Of a DNA stretch of 64,000 bases, positions 38,317 through 50,193 are shown piece after piece. The position numbers and the translations under genes are program-made. This DNA is from Vermamoeba vermiformis (lineage: Eukaryota): the NCBI GenBank assembly GCA_045837725.1, contig JBEWZL010000003.1, forward strand, positions 372,001 to 436,000, written 5' to 3'. The notes beneath the pieces were generated by a model that did no database searches, was not told where the DNA came from, and saw nothing but the letters and a program-made list of their open reading frames with translations. Position 1 is the first letter of the stretch; each line of letters begins with the position of its first letter.

Positions 38317-40082
38317 TTACGCGCTATACTTATCGATGATGGATTTAAGTGGTTGAACGCCCAGATTTGCTCCGCAGATCACCAGCACAACTGATTTGCC
38401 AGCCAATTTGTCAGCTTCCTAATAAGATGTATTAATATGGATGTATTGTCCGTGATGTAAGTACCTTGAACAACGCTGCGACGCTGCAGCCAGCAGAACC
38501 CTCGATAACCTTGTTGTGTTTTTCGAGCATCAAGTAGATCCCCTTCGCAATGTCATCTTCTTCGACTAGCGAGATGTACTCGACGTATCTGCCCACTGAT
38601 TAGTCGCGAATGGTTTAATAATGTCACTAGCACCTACCGCTTGGTCAGTTCGAATGTGATGTTGTCCTCGCGTTCAATGCCTCCAGCAGTGGCGTCAGAG
38701 AGTGTTGGTCTGCCCTCAATGTCCACGATGTGTCTTGCTTCAATGCTCGCCCACATCGCTGCGTCGTTCACTGGCTGCACACCAATCACATTCGTCTTGC
38801 TCTGCGTCAATGGGTTTTGCTTGAAGTACGCAGCAATGCCTGCAATCAGTCCTCCACCACCAATGGGCACAATCACTGCATCGGGCGAGACTAAAGAACA
38901 ATGACAGGTCAGTACTTGTCAAGGGGACAGATATTTTTGTTAATTTTCACGGAACAGGTCATCTGTCCCATAAATATCACTCGATCAATAGCAACAATAG
39001 TTATATATCTATATTAAGGGCATCGATATTTGCGGATGCATGTGCTTTGTGTTACATCGTATGTAACTCATTGGAGAGTATTTGGTGAGTGCGCTGATCT
39101 TGACGCGTCCAATTCGGTTCTAACACTCTTTACAGACTGAAGATCAAAAGGTACTTGGTTCGATTCCAAGCTTACGGGCCAGGCCTCTCTCAGTAGAGGT
39201 CTGGTTCATTAAACACGAGCTGCGATCATCCGGCTTTTTTTTTGCGTGTCTTACCTTGATCAGGCTCGAACTTTTTAAACTGTTCGACAATCTCAACGCC
39301 AATGGTGCCTTGACCAGCAACGATCTCAAAGTCATTGTACGGCGAGATGAACGGCAGATTTTTCAGCTTGCCTTGACGACGTGCCTCCATTTCAGTCTGT
39401 TCAACGTGTCAGAGCTAAGTTCGAACTTCAATGCTTCATTACCTCCACGCAGTCCTCAGCATGAAATTTGAGCTCAATGTCCTTGTTATCGCCAATCATT
39501 GCACGCAGTTTGTCAATCTTTGTTTGCGCGGCATTTGTTGGCAAGTACACCTCACCCTAGTGGCATTGTTAACAATCTGACAGATCTCAATCGAAGGTAC
39601 ATACTCCGAGCCCAAAGTGCTTCAGCGCATTGACCGTTGCTAGGGCATGATTTCCTTAATATAATTAATGAATACTTGGCTGTACCAAGCCAGTATTAAT
39701 TTATTTTACCTGTGGATGCTGTTGTAAACTTGGTATACCCTAAAATAATTTTGTTATCAATCAATGGCTATTAGTAAGTTATGTGGTATTGGATAAATTA
39801 TTTTTCGGAATATTACAAAGTATTTTATGGTCAGATCCGCCGTGGATCTTATTTACCTTTTGTTCTGTTGACATCTAATTTGTTATACGCGCCTCTAACT
39901 TTAAATGAACCAGTTAAATTCTCGGATTCCAACTTCAAATAGACTCTGATCGGCTTCTTGTCGGAGCTTAATGTTGCATTGACAGCTTTGGTTAAAAATT
40001 CTGAGTAGATCAGAGGCGTAGGACTTAAGTACTGTCTAATACGCTTCTCAGCTAATTCAATCTCTTGATGTAACTGCTCCAT
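38317..40082 (-). CDS. PLP-dependent threonine/serine dehydratase (fold type II, no ACT domain)
   Basis: TPL..YLKLESENLTGSFKVRGAYN, ASTGNHA, ISPYND..VAGQGTIGVEI, VPIGGGGLIAG, IEGSAG and VICGAN. Confidence 0.92.
39057..39181 (+). tRNA. tRNA-Phe(GAA)-like gene interrupted by a 51-nt GT-AG intron (39085-39135), antisense inside a dehydratase intron
   Basis: Spliced sequence: TCGTATG TA ACTC ATTGGA GAGT A TTTG^A CTGAAGA TCAAA AGGTA CTTGG TTCGATT CCAAG CTTACGG G CCA. The D, anticodon and T stems pair perfectly; the acceptor stem has one U-U and one U-G. Confidence 0.75.
39235..39243 (+). terminator. Possible Pol III terminator (T9) downstream of the tRNA-like gene
   Basis: A run of 9 T lies ~55 nt after the cloverleaf. 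Confidence 0.4.
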
Positions 40083-40174
40083 GGCTTAACTGTGGTTGTG
40101 GTGTTTGCTCGTGGAAAACAGTGAGTAATAAACACAATCTTTTTTTAAATTTGCCGCGCGCTTGAGGCCACAAC

Positions 40175-42383
40175 ATGTTGAAAAGGTAATTACTGATATT
40201 AAATAATAGCAGGCTGAACAAGGACTAATGCTCTTTTAGGTCACGATCCGGTTCAACAAAAGAACGTGAGCCGAAAAGGCGGGGTTCCTCGCTTAGTCAG
40301 TCATTAGAACTAGGCCCGATATATATATTGCCGTATGAACTATTAATGACAATATTTGAATGGGTAGGATCCGAAGTTTCTAATTTTCATCGCGAAATTG
40401 AATTTAAATTTGGCAAACTAATTGTGCCGCAATTTAATGATAATTAAAATAATGAATATTGCATAGTTAAGATCACGTATAACACGCATTGTTTTGAAGG
40501 TCAAGCTTCCGCCCATGTTAGCCCACTGTGCGATGGTGTGTCGATTATGGCACTCGTTGGTATGTGATGCGACAGTTTATAGATCAATATTTAATATGAT
40601 ATTGCTACTTTACAAGGTATGGAGTCGATTGTCAGAGCTGGATGTGAGTCCTCATCAACAAGGACGCAGAGCACTGATACCACTCGATGACCGACGATTA
40701 TTGTTGCTTGTAACACATTGTCCGCGACTGAACAAGTTGAATTTAACACGCGTAAGTGTACCAGAGACACTGTGCCTTATAACTAACTAGATCTAGTGTT
40801 CTGAAGTGACCGATCACGGCCTGTCGTACCTCTCATTCATCAACAGTCTCAGAAAATTGTCATTAAGGTACGCAATAGTATTATAGTACGCTGCTACTAG
40901 TGAACTGACTCGTGGCAGATCATGTCGAAAGATAACAGACCAAGGACTTGCCATATTAAGACACTTGCCTAAATTGGAATACTTAGATCTGAGTGACAGC
41001 GTGACATTCACCGATGAGGCTCTGACGTGTCTCAGAGTACTCACACAGCTCGAAGTGTTGAACCTGAACAACGTGGAGAAGTTGACCAATCAGGGCCTAG
41101 ACCACGTGTCCACTCTGATTTATCTGCGCGAACTTGATCTCGGTGGCTGCAGGTCACTCAATGACACTGCGATGACGTCACTGCAGCACTTGACAGCACT
41201 GACCAGGCTGAGTCTCGCTGGCATCAACAGGTACATTCGAACACTCTCTTTGACACGTGTCTAGTGTTTGACACGTTGACAGGATTCAAAACAGAGGCTG
41301 GGAGTGTTTGCATAAATTAACCAACATCAAAAAGCTGAATCTCGAGGGCACTGTGATTACATTGACCACGCTCAGGAACTATGTCACGCCATTCCTCACG
41401 AGGTACATTTAATCTCGGGTGTTGTTCGCAATTAACCCTCAAAATCAGATTGCACAAGTTAGAGTCCCTTAAATTAGGCTTCTGTGACCCTCTGAACGAT
41501 GACTTTTGCAAAATATTCTCGTGCCACCTGACCAATGTGACGTCACTGGCTGTGGACAATTCCACCAATCTCAGCAGCGAGGGCCTCAACCACTTGTCAC
41601 AGCTGCAGAAATTTGAGTTCAAGCGATCACACATCCCTTATTTCGCATTCAAAGCAATGACCAGACTGCAAAAGGTATTGTCAATGTGCAGTTAGAATAG
41701 AAGTGCTAACGAATGACAGCTCAACATCGAGAACTGTTCGCTCAAAGTCGACGAACAAGGCCGAGACCACGCCATTCGAGACATCGCTAAGCTGACACAA
41801 CTCACGCACCTCAACGTGTCACTCGAAGGGCTGCGTGACCGTCACATAGCTTACATTGCACGTTGTAAACAGCTAGAAACACTGCACATGTTGTGGCTGC
41901 ACAATGTCACCGAAGAAGGGCTTGAAAAGTTGACGCGTTTGACCCAACTCAAGTGGTACGTTATTCACTGTAGCGCGAACGATTCTCATAGTCTCTTCCA
42001 GGCTTAATTTGACGAACTGTGAGGCAGTGACTGACAACACACTCGAACAACTAGCCACTCACTGTTCAGCACTTGAAGCACTCGTGTTGACACGTTGTGT
42101 GAATGTCAGTGATCAAGGCATAGTGGCATTGACAGCGCTGCAACAGCTCAAGTATCTCATCTTGTTTCACACTGAAAAGATCACCGACAAAGCGCTGCTG
42201 GCACTGTCCTCGTTGGAGAACTTGGAGCTCGTTGAAGTCAGTGGCTGCAAGAAAATTACCGAAAAAGGAATTGATGAGCTGTACGAAGAACACGCGACAG
42301 TGCACGTGAACAGTGACTACTCAGCACTGCCTGTTGAACCTCCCAAGAGCGGCAGCTCCTCGTACAGTTGCGTGGTATCCTAG
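40175..42383 (+). CDS. F-box/leucine-rich repeat protein (FBXL-type) with C-terminal CaaX
   Basis: LPYELLMTIFEW..CAMVCRLW, many LxxLxLxxCxxITDxGL repeats, and a CVVS* ending. Confidence 0.88.
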
Positions 42384-42479
42384 TAACACCTGTTTGATGT
42401 AAATAGTTGTAAATTGTTAGTTTCGCAACAGTGATTTTTTATTTACAATTCTCAATGTACAAGATCAGTGGCACTGTGC

Positions 42480-44163
42480 TTATTCGAGCCACTTCAAGTT
42501 GCCGAGCACCAAGTATTTGCCGGGCAATGCTCCTGCAGTGGGTGAGAGTGCTGTGATCTTTCGTCGCTCCATGCTGACGTCAGTGCTGCTCCGCTGATTA
42601 GTCGCGTGACACTACTAAATAGAGCACTTACATGTAAATGAAGCCCAGCACATTGCTCTCCAATATCTGCTGTGAGGTATTAGCAGTCGAGACAGCCACA
42701 ATCGAGTGCACAAAGTCGGGACTGGGAAAGACTTCGACGAGTCTTAGTGGATCTACATAGGACTCAGCTCCGACAGGCAGTGCTGCTGAGGGCAAAGCAG
42801 TGCCACCACTCACTTTGTAGATCAACACGTCGTTGAAGTCAAACACAATCGAGTGCGGAGAGAGGTCGTTGTGACGGCCGTAAAAGTACTCGCGAATTCG
42901 ATTCATGCGCGTCTTGCTGCGGAACTGTGCATTGCGCGGCACTACGCCACCAGACTTGGTCAGCTTGACAATCTCGACATTGGTGTGTTTGATCAGGCCC
43001 TTGCTCAAGATGTCAACTTTGAGGTCGTTGAACAGTCGCTCGTGATCAATGACGAGCACCAAGTCCGCAGCAAAGGTCTCAATGCTGTTCAACAACAGCT
43101 CGTAGCCCAGTGCCTCGACCCAGCCACACGTGTTGATGATCAAGCCTGACGCAGCATCTGTTGCAGTGGTTAGTAGTGTGTACATTGGTGTGTGGCACGT
43201 GGCACGTACTGGACTTGTCAATCTCGAGCTTGCGATCAATCACCTTGACGAGGTGTTGTTGCTGTGTCTTGTACAGCTTGGCATTCTCACCGGGCGACAA
43301 GTGGCCGTAGAAGTACGACAGCGAGCCACTGCTGCCCAACAGATCCTGAATTAAATCTGGCGTTAATATCGCTGGTGGCACCTGACACGTGACGTACATG
43401 AATCTCCACAGGTGTCTCAATGGGCACAGCAGCCAACATGCCCGGCACGACGATGTTGCCCTGTCCGACGTCCAAGTCGACGTAAATCACGTGCTCGTCT
43501 TGTCGTGCCGCCCAGTTGCACAACATGGAACACAGCGAGCTCTTGCCACTGTCCACGGCACCCACGATCATCACGCGCGGTCCATTTCTGCCCTCTCTGC
43601 GCGCCTGTTCGCGCATGTCCTATTGTATATATATGTGTGAGTATTGGCATCGATAGGACAGTCGTGTAACGCACTTGAATGATGGCGTGCGTGTTGATGT
43701 AGGTCTGCACTGGCGTCTCTTCAGCGACATAGGCGTGACAGGGCCCATCGAGCTCAATGGTGCAGCCGTGCCACGAGTAGATTGCACTGGCAGCGAGGTG
43801 AGTGAGGAATATACATGTATGTGTAATGGTTCGATCTACTGACCTGTTAACACCTGCATAGACATAGGGATAGTCCTTTGCGAGCTCGATACCAAATGAT
43901 TCGGCAGTGCCATCAAGCAGCTAATTACAAAACAATTTAACTTGCGGTCTGACGGCGCAGAAAAATTCCAAAAAATTCCAAAAAATCAGTTGAGTAATTA
44001 GCGATACTTGTATTGATTAATAAAGCACACTAAATTATTTATTTACCTTCAATGTAATTTTGGAGTTGAAATCAACTTCGAACCGTAACTCATTGTCTTT
44101 CTTGAGGGTGAATTTCTTGACTTGAGCAGCAGATCCAATACCAGAGCTCGTATTATCTGACAT
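42480..44163 (-). CDS. CLP1: Polyribonucleotide 5'-hydroxyl kinase / cleavage factor Clp1
   Basis: ELRFEV, DGTAESFGIEL, YSWHGC, GPRVMIVGAVDSGKSSL, VDLDVGQG, GLIINTCGW and IREYFYG. Confidence 0.95.
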
Positions 44164-44294
44164 AATCGACAATCAATTCAATGAAATTCGGTACTTGATC
44201 TGTTTTGGTGCTGACGTCGACAAGAATTAGACAAACAAATTCACGGGCCAGTTTCAACACCACTACCACTGCACCAGACACAGACCACTGAAGA

Positions 44295-45337
44295 ATGCAC
44301 GCATTAACCACCGCATTATTAATTGTTACGCTGCTATTGATCGCGGTGCTTGGTGTCAGATCCATCGCTAAGTGGCGCGTCAAAAGACAGAAAATCAAGC
44401 GCCAACAGCGCGCAGAATTAGAAGCCACTAACAAAATTTTAAAATACGTGTGTGACTATGACCCTCAATCGTGCAGCACTCTCGACGAGTTTCAAACCAT
44501 CGTGCAAAATACGCACTGTTTATTCGCGAAAAAAGCCAAGATCTGGGCCTCGCGACCATGGGACGACAAACTTAGCTTGGAAGAGAACATTCAACGCTCC
44601 GTACCTACATTTATCAAGTGGGTCACTGTTGGTGAGTCCTTTTACACTCTAAGAATTCAGATCTGATTTAGTGATAGGTGAGGAGCTCGATCTGGATGGA
44701 TTTGTGTTTCAAATTAAAGGTCTACAATATGGCAGTACAATAGATCAACTATGCCGCACTATTAAACGAGTATTTAAGTACTTGTGCGATCAAGATCCAG
44801 CCAGTACGTTCCTTTCCCCCTTGCAATTCGCTTAATAACCCTCGCCTATGCGCACCAGACTCTCGCTGCATGTACAAGTCATACATCTCCAAGCTGGGCT
44901 GGAGATTTCAGTTCTGCGACGAGCCGTTCTTCATCACCTCCTTCGCACCCTGTTACCCCGCTCAGCACTCGCGCTATTCATACGGCGATCAATCGACTTG
45001 GATCTTGTTTCAGCCTGGTAAGATGCGTGCTTGTGGTGCAGCACGGTGATTGACACGTGTCACTAGGCTGGTCGTTCGAACACAAAGATGCGGAGATTGG
45101 CCCTGACTCCCCCGACACGAACTGGACGCACCCCCGCAACATGCGCGAGAAGATTCGCGTCAACTTCAAGCGACGCGGCCAGCCGTATTATATACCCAAG
45201 GTAGGAGGAATGTACTGTGTCAAGTAGTAGTGCTGATGTGGTGCTAGGAATTCATGTACCCTGCTGCAATATTGGTCGTGCGGCCTGAAGATGATTTTCA
45301 GCTTGACACCGTGCAGTGGTGGAATGCGGAGATATGA
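44295..45337 (+). CDS. N-terminally membrane-anchored protein resembling the YqcI/YcgG family
   Basis: TM helix, then HCLFAKKA, LDGFVF, WRFQFCDEPFFITSFAPCYPAQHSRY, FQP..SF and REKIR..F. Confidence 0.6.
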
Positions 45338-45435
45338 TCGGGGATATATAGCGTGATTTGATGGAATAGCGCATCGTAAGAGTGAAACATCATGGTGACA
45401 TGTGTCTTTATGTGACATCCGCTACACAGCTGTCA

Positions 45436-47252
45436 TTACCAGTCCAAGTTGAGCACTTGTTGTCTGTGACGCGACTTTTCAGCTTCAAACACGATCAGAT
45501 GACTCTCCAGTGTCTAAATACAGCCGTTAGATACCGATTTGGTTATAAATAGCACTGACCTCTTGTGGCCCCGAGAGAATGAAGGACGGATCGTTGTGAC
45601 TGACAGCTTGAATGAAGCCCTTCATGAGATAGTAATCACCGCACTCGTGGCCCGTCAGCTTGGTCTGCACGTCAGGCTTGGGATGATAGTGCTCTTTGTG
45701 GCCAGTTCTGAAGTCCGTCACTGTGATCGCGTGCCCATCGCCCTCGAGCTGACCGTGCGTGCCGAAGATACGTGTCTTGCGCACACAGACCTCTTCACTG
45801 AACGCAATCATCGTGAAGGACACTGTCACGCCGTTCTCGAACTCCATGTTGACCACTTGATTGTCTGTTCAGTGAACCAGTGCTGTCAGCTGCTGACACC
45901 TGTCAAACAACAATAAATTGACACTTACCAACCACGTCATTGTCGCACGAATAGACGCAGCGGCCATAGGGACCAGTGGTGATCTCGTGCACCACATCGT
46001 CGAGCGTGAATTCCACGGGGTTGGGCATGATGTTCTTGATGGGAAATCTCTGCCGAATAGTCAGTTAGTTGTGGAGTGGCTATTGTACTGCGCGCGTGTC
46101 GTACTCTGTTGCCATTCATGTACGACTCTTTGTAGATCTTGACAGCGCTGTACGGACACTGGCGTTCAATCTCTTGCGGACACGTGACACAGCGGTCACT
46201 GGCACCACTCGGCTTGGACTTTTCAGTGAAATGGGCGAGGGAACCAAAGGACGAGACGCGCGTGCACTTAGCGCCCACCATCCAGCGCAACCAATCAATG
46301 TCGTGACAGGACTGTTGACATGTTTAGACAGGTGTCAATGTCATTATTTCACATGTCATACCTTGGCCATGAGCGAGAATGTTGCCACTTGTTCATTACG
46401 CCAATTGCCGCGCACGTAACTACCGAATACATTAACTGACACGTGTCAAAGTGAGGTCTGCGTACCTGTGTGCGAAGTGAAAGTAGCCCACAGGCTCGAG
46501 GTGTTGAATGTTGAGCACGCGACCCAACACGCCCGAGTCAATCACTTTCTTGATTTGCGTGCTGTACGGCGTGTAGCGCATCACGTGACCGACTGCAAAG
46601 ATGCACCGATTGGCCTCAACGGCTGCAGTGATGGCTTTGCACTCCTCTTCGTTGACTGACATGGGCTTCTCGAGCAGAATGTGATAGCCCTTGTTCGCTG
46701 TGGTAAATGTGAGTGCTGCAATATCATGCACTGCAGTAGCGTACCAAAGGCAATAGCTGGCTCGGCATGCATGCGATCCTGCGTCGTAATGACAACCGCA
46801 TCCGCGACACGATCCAGCTTGGCGAGCTGTGCAAATAATCAATCCATTGATATATAGTTGTAATGCGTCACATGTTGCGTACATCTTTCCAATCGGGGAA
46901 TACTAAGCCCTCATCCACCTCAAAATACTGTTTGTAATGTTCACGCATTGCTTGTCTGGGTTCAGCAATCGCCACTACTTTGCATAAATCAGGGTGCTCC
47001 TATTGAATATTACACGTTGATTAGAAAATTGCAATTAACGCTCGTAATAATTATAATGGCGCAGTAATAATAATAAGGCGCTAATACAACAATTAATGCG
47101 GCCACTAACCTTAGCGAACTCTGAATAAACAGATCCTCGATTGCCGAGACCGAGTACTGCGATGGTGACTGGACTTCTGCTGGGAACAATGAATTAATAT
47201 TCCGACAAATAGTTTGCTTGCTCCAGTTGTGTACTTGCCTTGAAGCTGCCAT
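45436..47252 (-). CDS. Gfo/Idh/MocA-family oxidoreductase
   Basis: TIAVLGLGNRG, HILLEKPM, VGHVMRYTPY, IQHLEPVG.FHFAHSYVRGNW, CHDIDW and GH.CGDY. Confidence 0.92.
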
Positions 47253-47689
47253 GCCTGTGTTGTATTCACTTCTGAGGTGAGAAAAATCAAAATGTGCGGT
47301 AGTTAACATTTCAACCAATGTGTGCACGAATCACTGACTCAACGGCGCACAATACCGCAACGTACTAGATGAATTTATACTATGATTTTGATAAACAAGC
47401 GATTGACTATCAAAAGACGAAGAAAGATTATCGCCTGCTCAACTTCAGATAAATCGCATCAGACTCCAGTTCGGCCAGAAGGATTTGTGAACCATCCGTT
47501 CTTAAGATTATTGCCGTGGCCAATACGTGCTAAATTTAAAAGAGAATTGCTGTAAATTGATTTGCTCCAAGCTTTTACTATGGAACCAACACGGATCGTG
47601 ATCTGCCGATCTTTAACCGAAGCGCTCTTCTAGTAAACGCTCCGGAGATGCCTTCTCAACAATTCCAATCGCGCAGGCCAACAGTGGGA

Positions 47690-49815
47690 TTATTTAGGTG
47701 CTTCGCGCAGTGTTTGCAACAATTTCTGCTGTTCGTCGAGTCGGTGCTGTTGTTCCGCAATCAATTCTTTTTGCGCGGCACTTTCTTTGCGCAACTGCTC
47801 CACGAGCTGCTGCACGGTCTCGAACTGTTCACTGAATCGCAGTCACGTGTCAGTGCACTGCAATGCGAGTCACGTGATCACTTACGCATTGGCAGCGAGC
47901 AGGTGTTTGAGCGCATTCAACTCGTCGCGCTGTCGATCGAGTTCAGTCTTCTGCTGTTCCAAGAGTCGCTTGTGCTGCTCCATCATCTGCGTGCGCTGCT
48001 GTTGTTCGAGTTGTTGCATAATCTCCACGCGCTTCTCTGTGCAGGGGCGTGAGTTAGGTGAGTGCTGCTGAGGCGTGACTTACTGAAGATGATCTTCGTC
48101 TCTTTGTCCTTGGCCACATCGAGCGGTGTCTTGCCCTCTTTCTAAACGCGGATGTGAGCCAGTGCTGCTATTAATAGCTCCGTGCTTACATCGATCGGAT
48201 TCAACAGCGCACCATTGTTCAGCAACAACTCCACCACCTCTGTGTGGCCGTTCTCACTCGCGTAGTGCAGCGGTGTCCACTGTGTGCTATTATTAGCTGC
48301 ACTCTGGCGACAGTAGTCATACGTACCTCTTGTAACTACAGAGACCGTGGATGAGTGCAATTCGATTAATGAATGCCATTCATGAATTATTAACGACAGT
48401 ACTCACCCACTGCAGTGCCGATTAGTATTGAATATGACACTCAGATGCGCACTTACATTCTTCTCATTCACATCAGCACCGTATTGAATCAGCAGCTTGA
48501 CTACTTCGGTGTGTCCGCCCCACGCTGCGTGGTGCAGTGGTGTCTCTTCCTAATTAGGCAACCGTGTTAGACTACGAATTACCGCTGCATGTGGCATACT
48601 TACTCTCTATATCCATCGAGTGTCAGTTGAATCGAGTCGCATGATCAGTACTGATTGCTGTGGAATGAAGTCTGACTTACGCTCTGCACACACACGCAGC
48701 ATTAGTCGCGAGTAGACACAGCACGCAGCACTTACATCTCGCTTGTTCACTGCCGCACCGTGCTCGAGCAGCAGTCGCACGACATTGCTGTGACCATTCT
48801 CGGCAGCGTGATGCAGCGCTGTTTGCTGCGAGCTGTGAGTCTATTTATAGCACAGCATTGATCACTTACCTCCTATGTTAGTGTGTCAGTGAGCGGTGAA
48901 AGAGGTGTTAATGAACTGCTTTCATGAACGAGATGTCATACCTCCTAAAACAAGACATTAGCCGTCAACGTCACTACACGCCACTACGTACGTCAGGGGT
49001 GTCCACGGCAGCACCGTGCTCCAACAACAATTGCACCACTGCTTCGCGGCCCTGATTGCATGCATTGTGCAGCGGTGTCTGAGCGCTGTTAATCTTTGCA
49101 CTTGTGTTGCGCATTGCCTAATTTAGCAACTCACCCGTGACTCGCGCTACAAAAGGTGTCAGTAACAATAGACCTCGTACAAACAGCTCACGTACATCCT
49201 GTGCATTGACATCAGCACCGTGTTCGAGCAGCACTTTGACCACTGCCAAGTGTCCCTTCCAGCTCGCGTGATGCAGCGCAGTCTAATTATAGCACGCATT
49301 AATTAGTAGCACGTGACGGAGAATAGGACAGACTTACTCTGGACTGTTGATTGTACGCGACGGAGCAAACTGTTAGTGTACTGACATTGCCCTGGTACCT
49401 AGTATGGACTTACCCACTGCACACATAGTGCCAATAGGTTAGTAGTGTAAAGGACATGCAACGAGTGCGGTACTTACCCACTGGTTCAAATGAGACATTA
49501 GTGATGATCGCAACGAGCATTATGTGCACATAAATACATTAGAACTATTACTGTAATACAAATAACAATTACTTGCTCATAATATGTGGCAATGAGTCAA
49601 TTTCGAAAATAATTAATTAAAAAATTAATTTAAAAACCTGGTCACTTACTCCTCGCTCATTCGCGTCGTGCCCCTTCTTCAATAATTCTAATACTAATTG
49701 TACATCACCATTTTTAGCTGCCAAATGCAATGGAAATGCTGTATCATCGTTGCTCTAATCAGATCGCGTTATTATTTATCTTCATGCTGTAATAATAAGG
49801 CGATTAGCATACCAT
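47690..49815 (-). CDS. Ankyrin-repeat protein (6-7 repeats) with a C-terminal coiled coil, built with many microexons
   Basis: One exon per repeat ([70 protein letters not shown]), separated by 3-12-nt exons with canonical splice signals. Confidence 0.85.
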
Positions 49816-50193
49816 TCTATTGTCTTGTAGCTAACATTGAGTTCGAATGCCTATTTGTCGGAGGGTTAGCTAGTGATATTTCTCGGGAGTTCCCGACATT
49901 TGATTCATGAAAACACTAAGTAGCCTTCTGAGGATGGATCTGGCTAAGTTGAAAAACGGAGTTGTCCCTCGAAGATAAAACCGAACTATCTACAATTTAT
50001 TTACATCGTAATGTATGTATATTATGTACATGAATACAACTATGATTGCTGAACTAAAGCTTCTCTTAAGGCACTACTAGTATACACTGGTGGTCAATTC
50101 AAGTCAGATCTGACCTCTCAGATCCGCTCCTATGCCTGCCACGCTATGGTTGTTGCGAGTGATCAATACCGTGCATAGATATATCCGCGGTCT

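Noticed and set aside
39085-39135. Interpreting the tRNA insert as a TSEN/BHB-type tRNA intron
   Set aside because: It sits at 30/31 rather than 37/38, shows no evident bulge-helix-bulge, and carries full spliceosomal signals.
42480-44163. Functional link between CLP1 (a tRNA-splicing kinase) and the nearby split tRNA
   Set aside because: Proximity of ~3 kb in a gene-dense eukaryotic genome is not evidence of a link.
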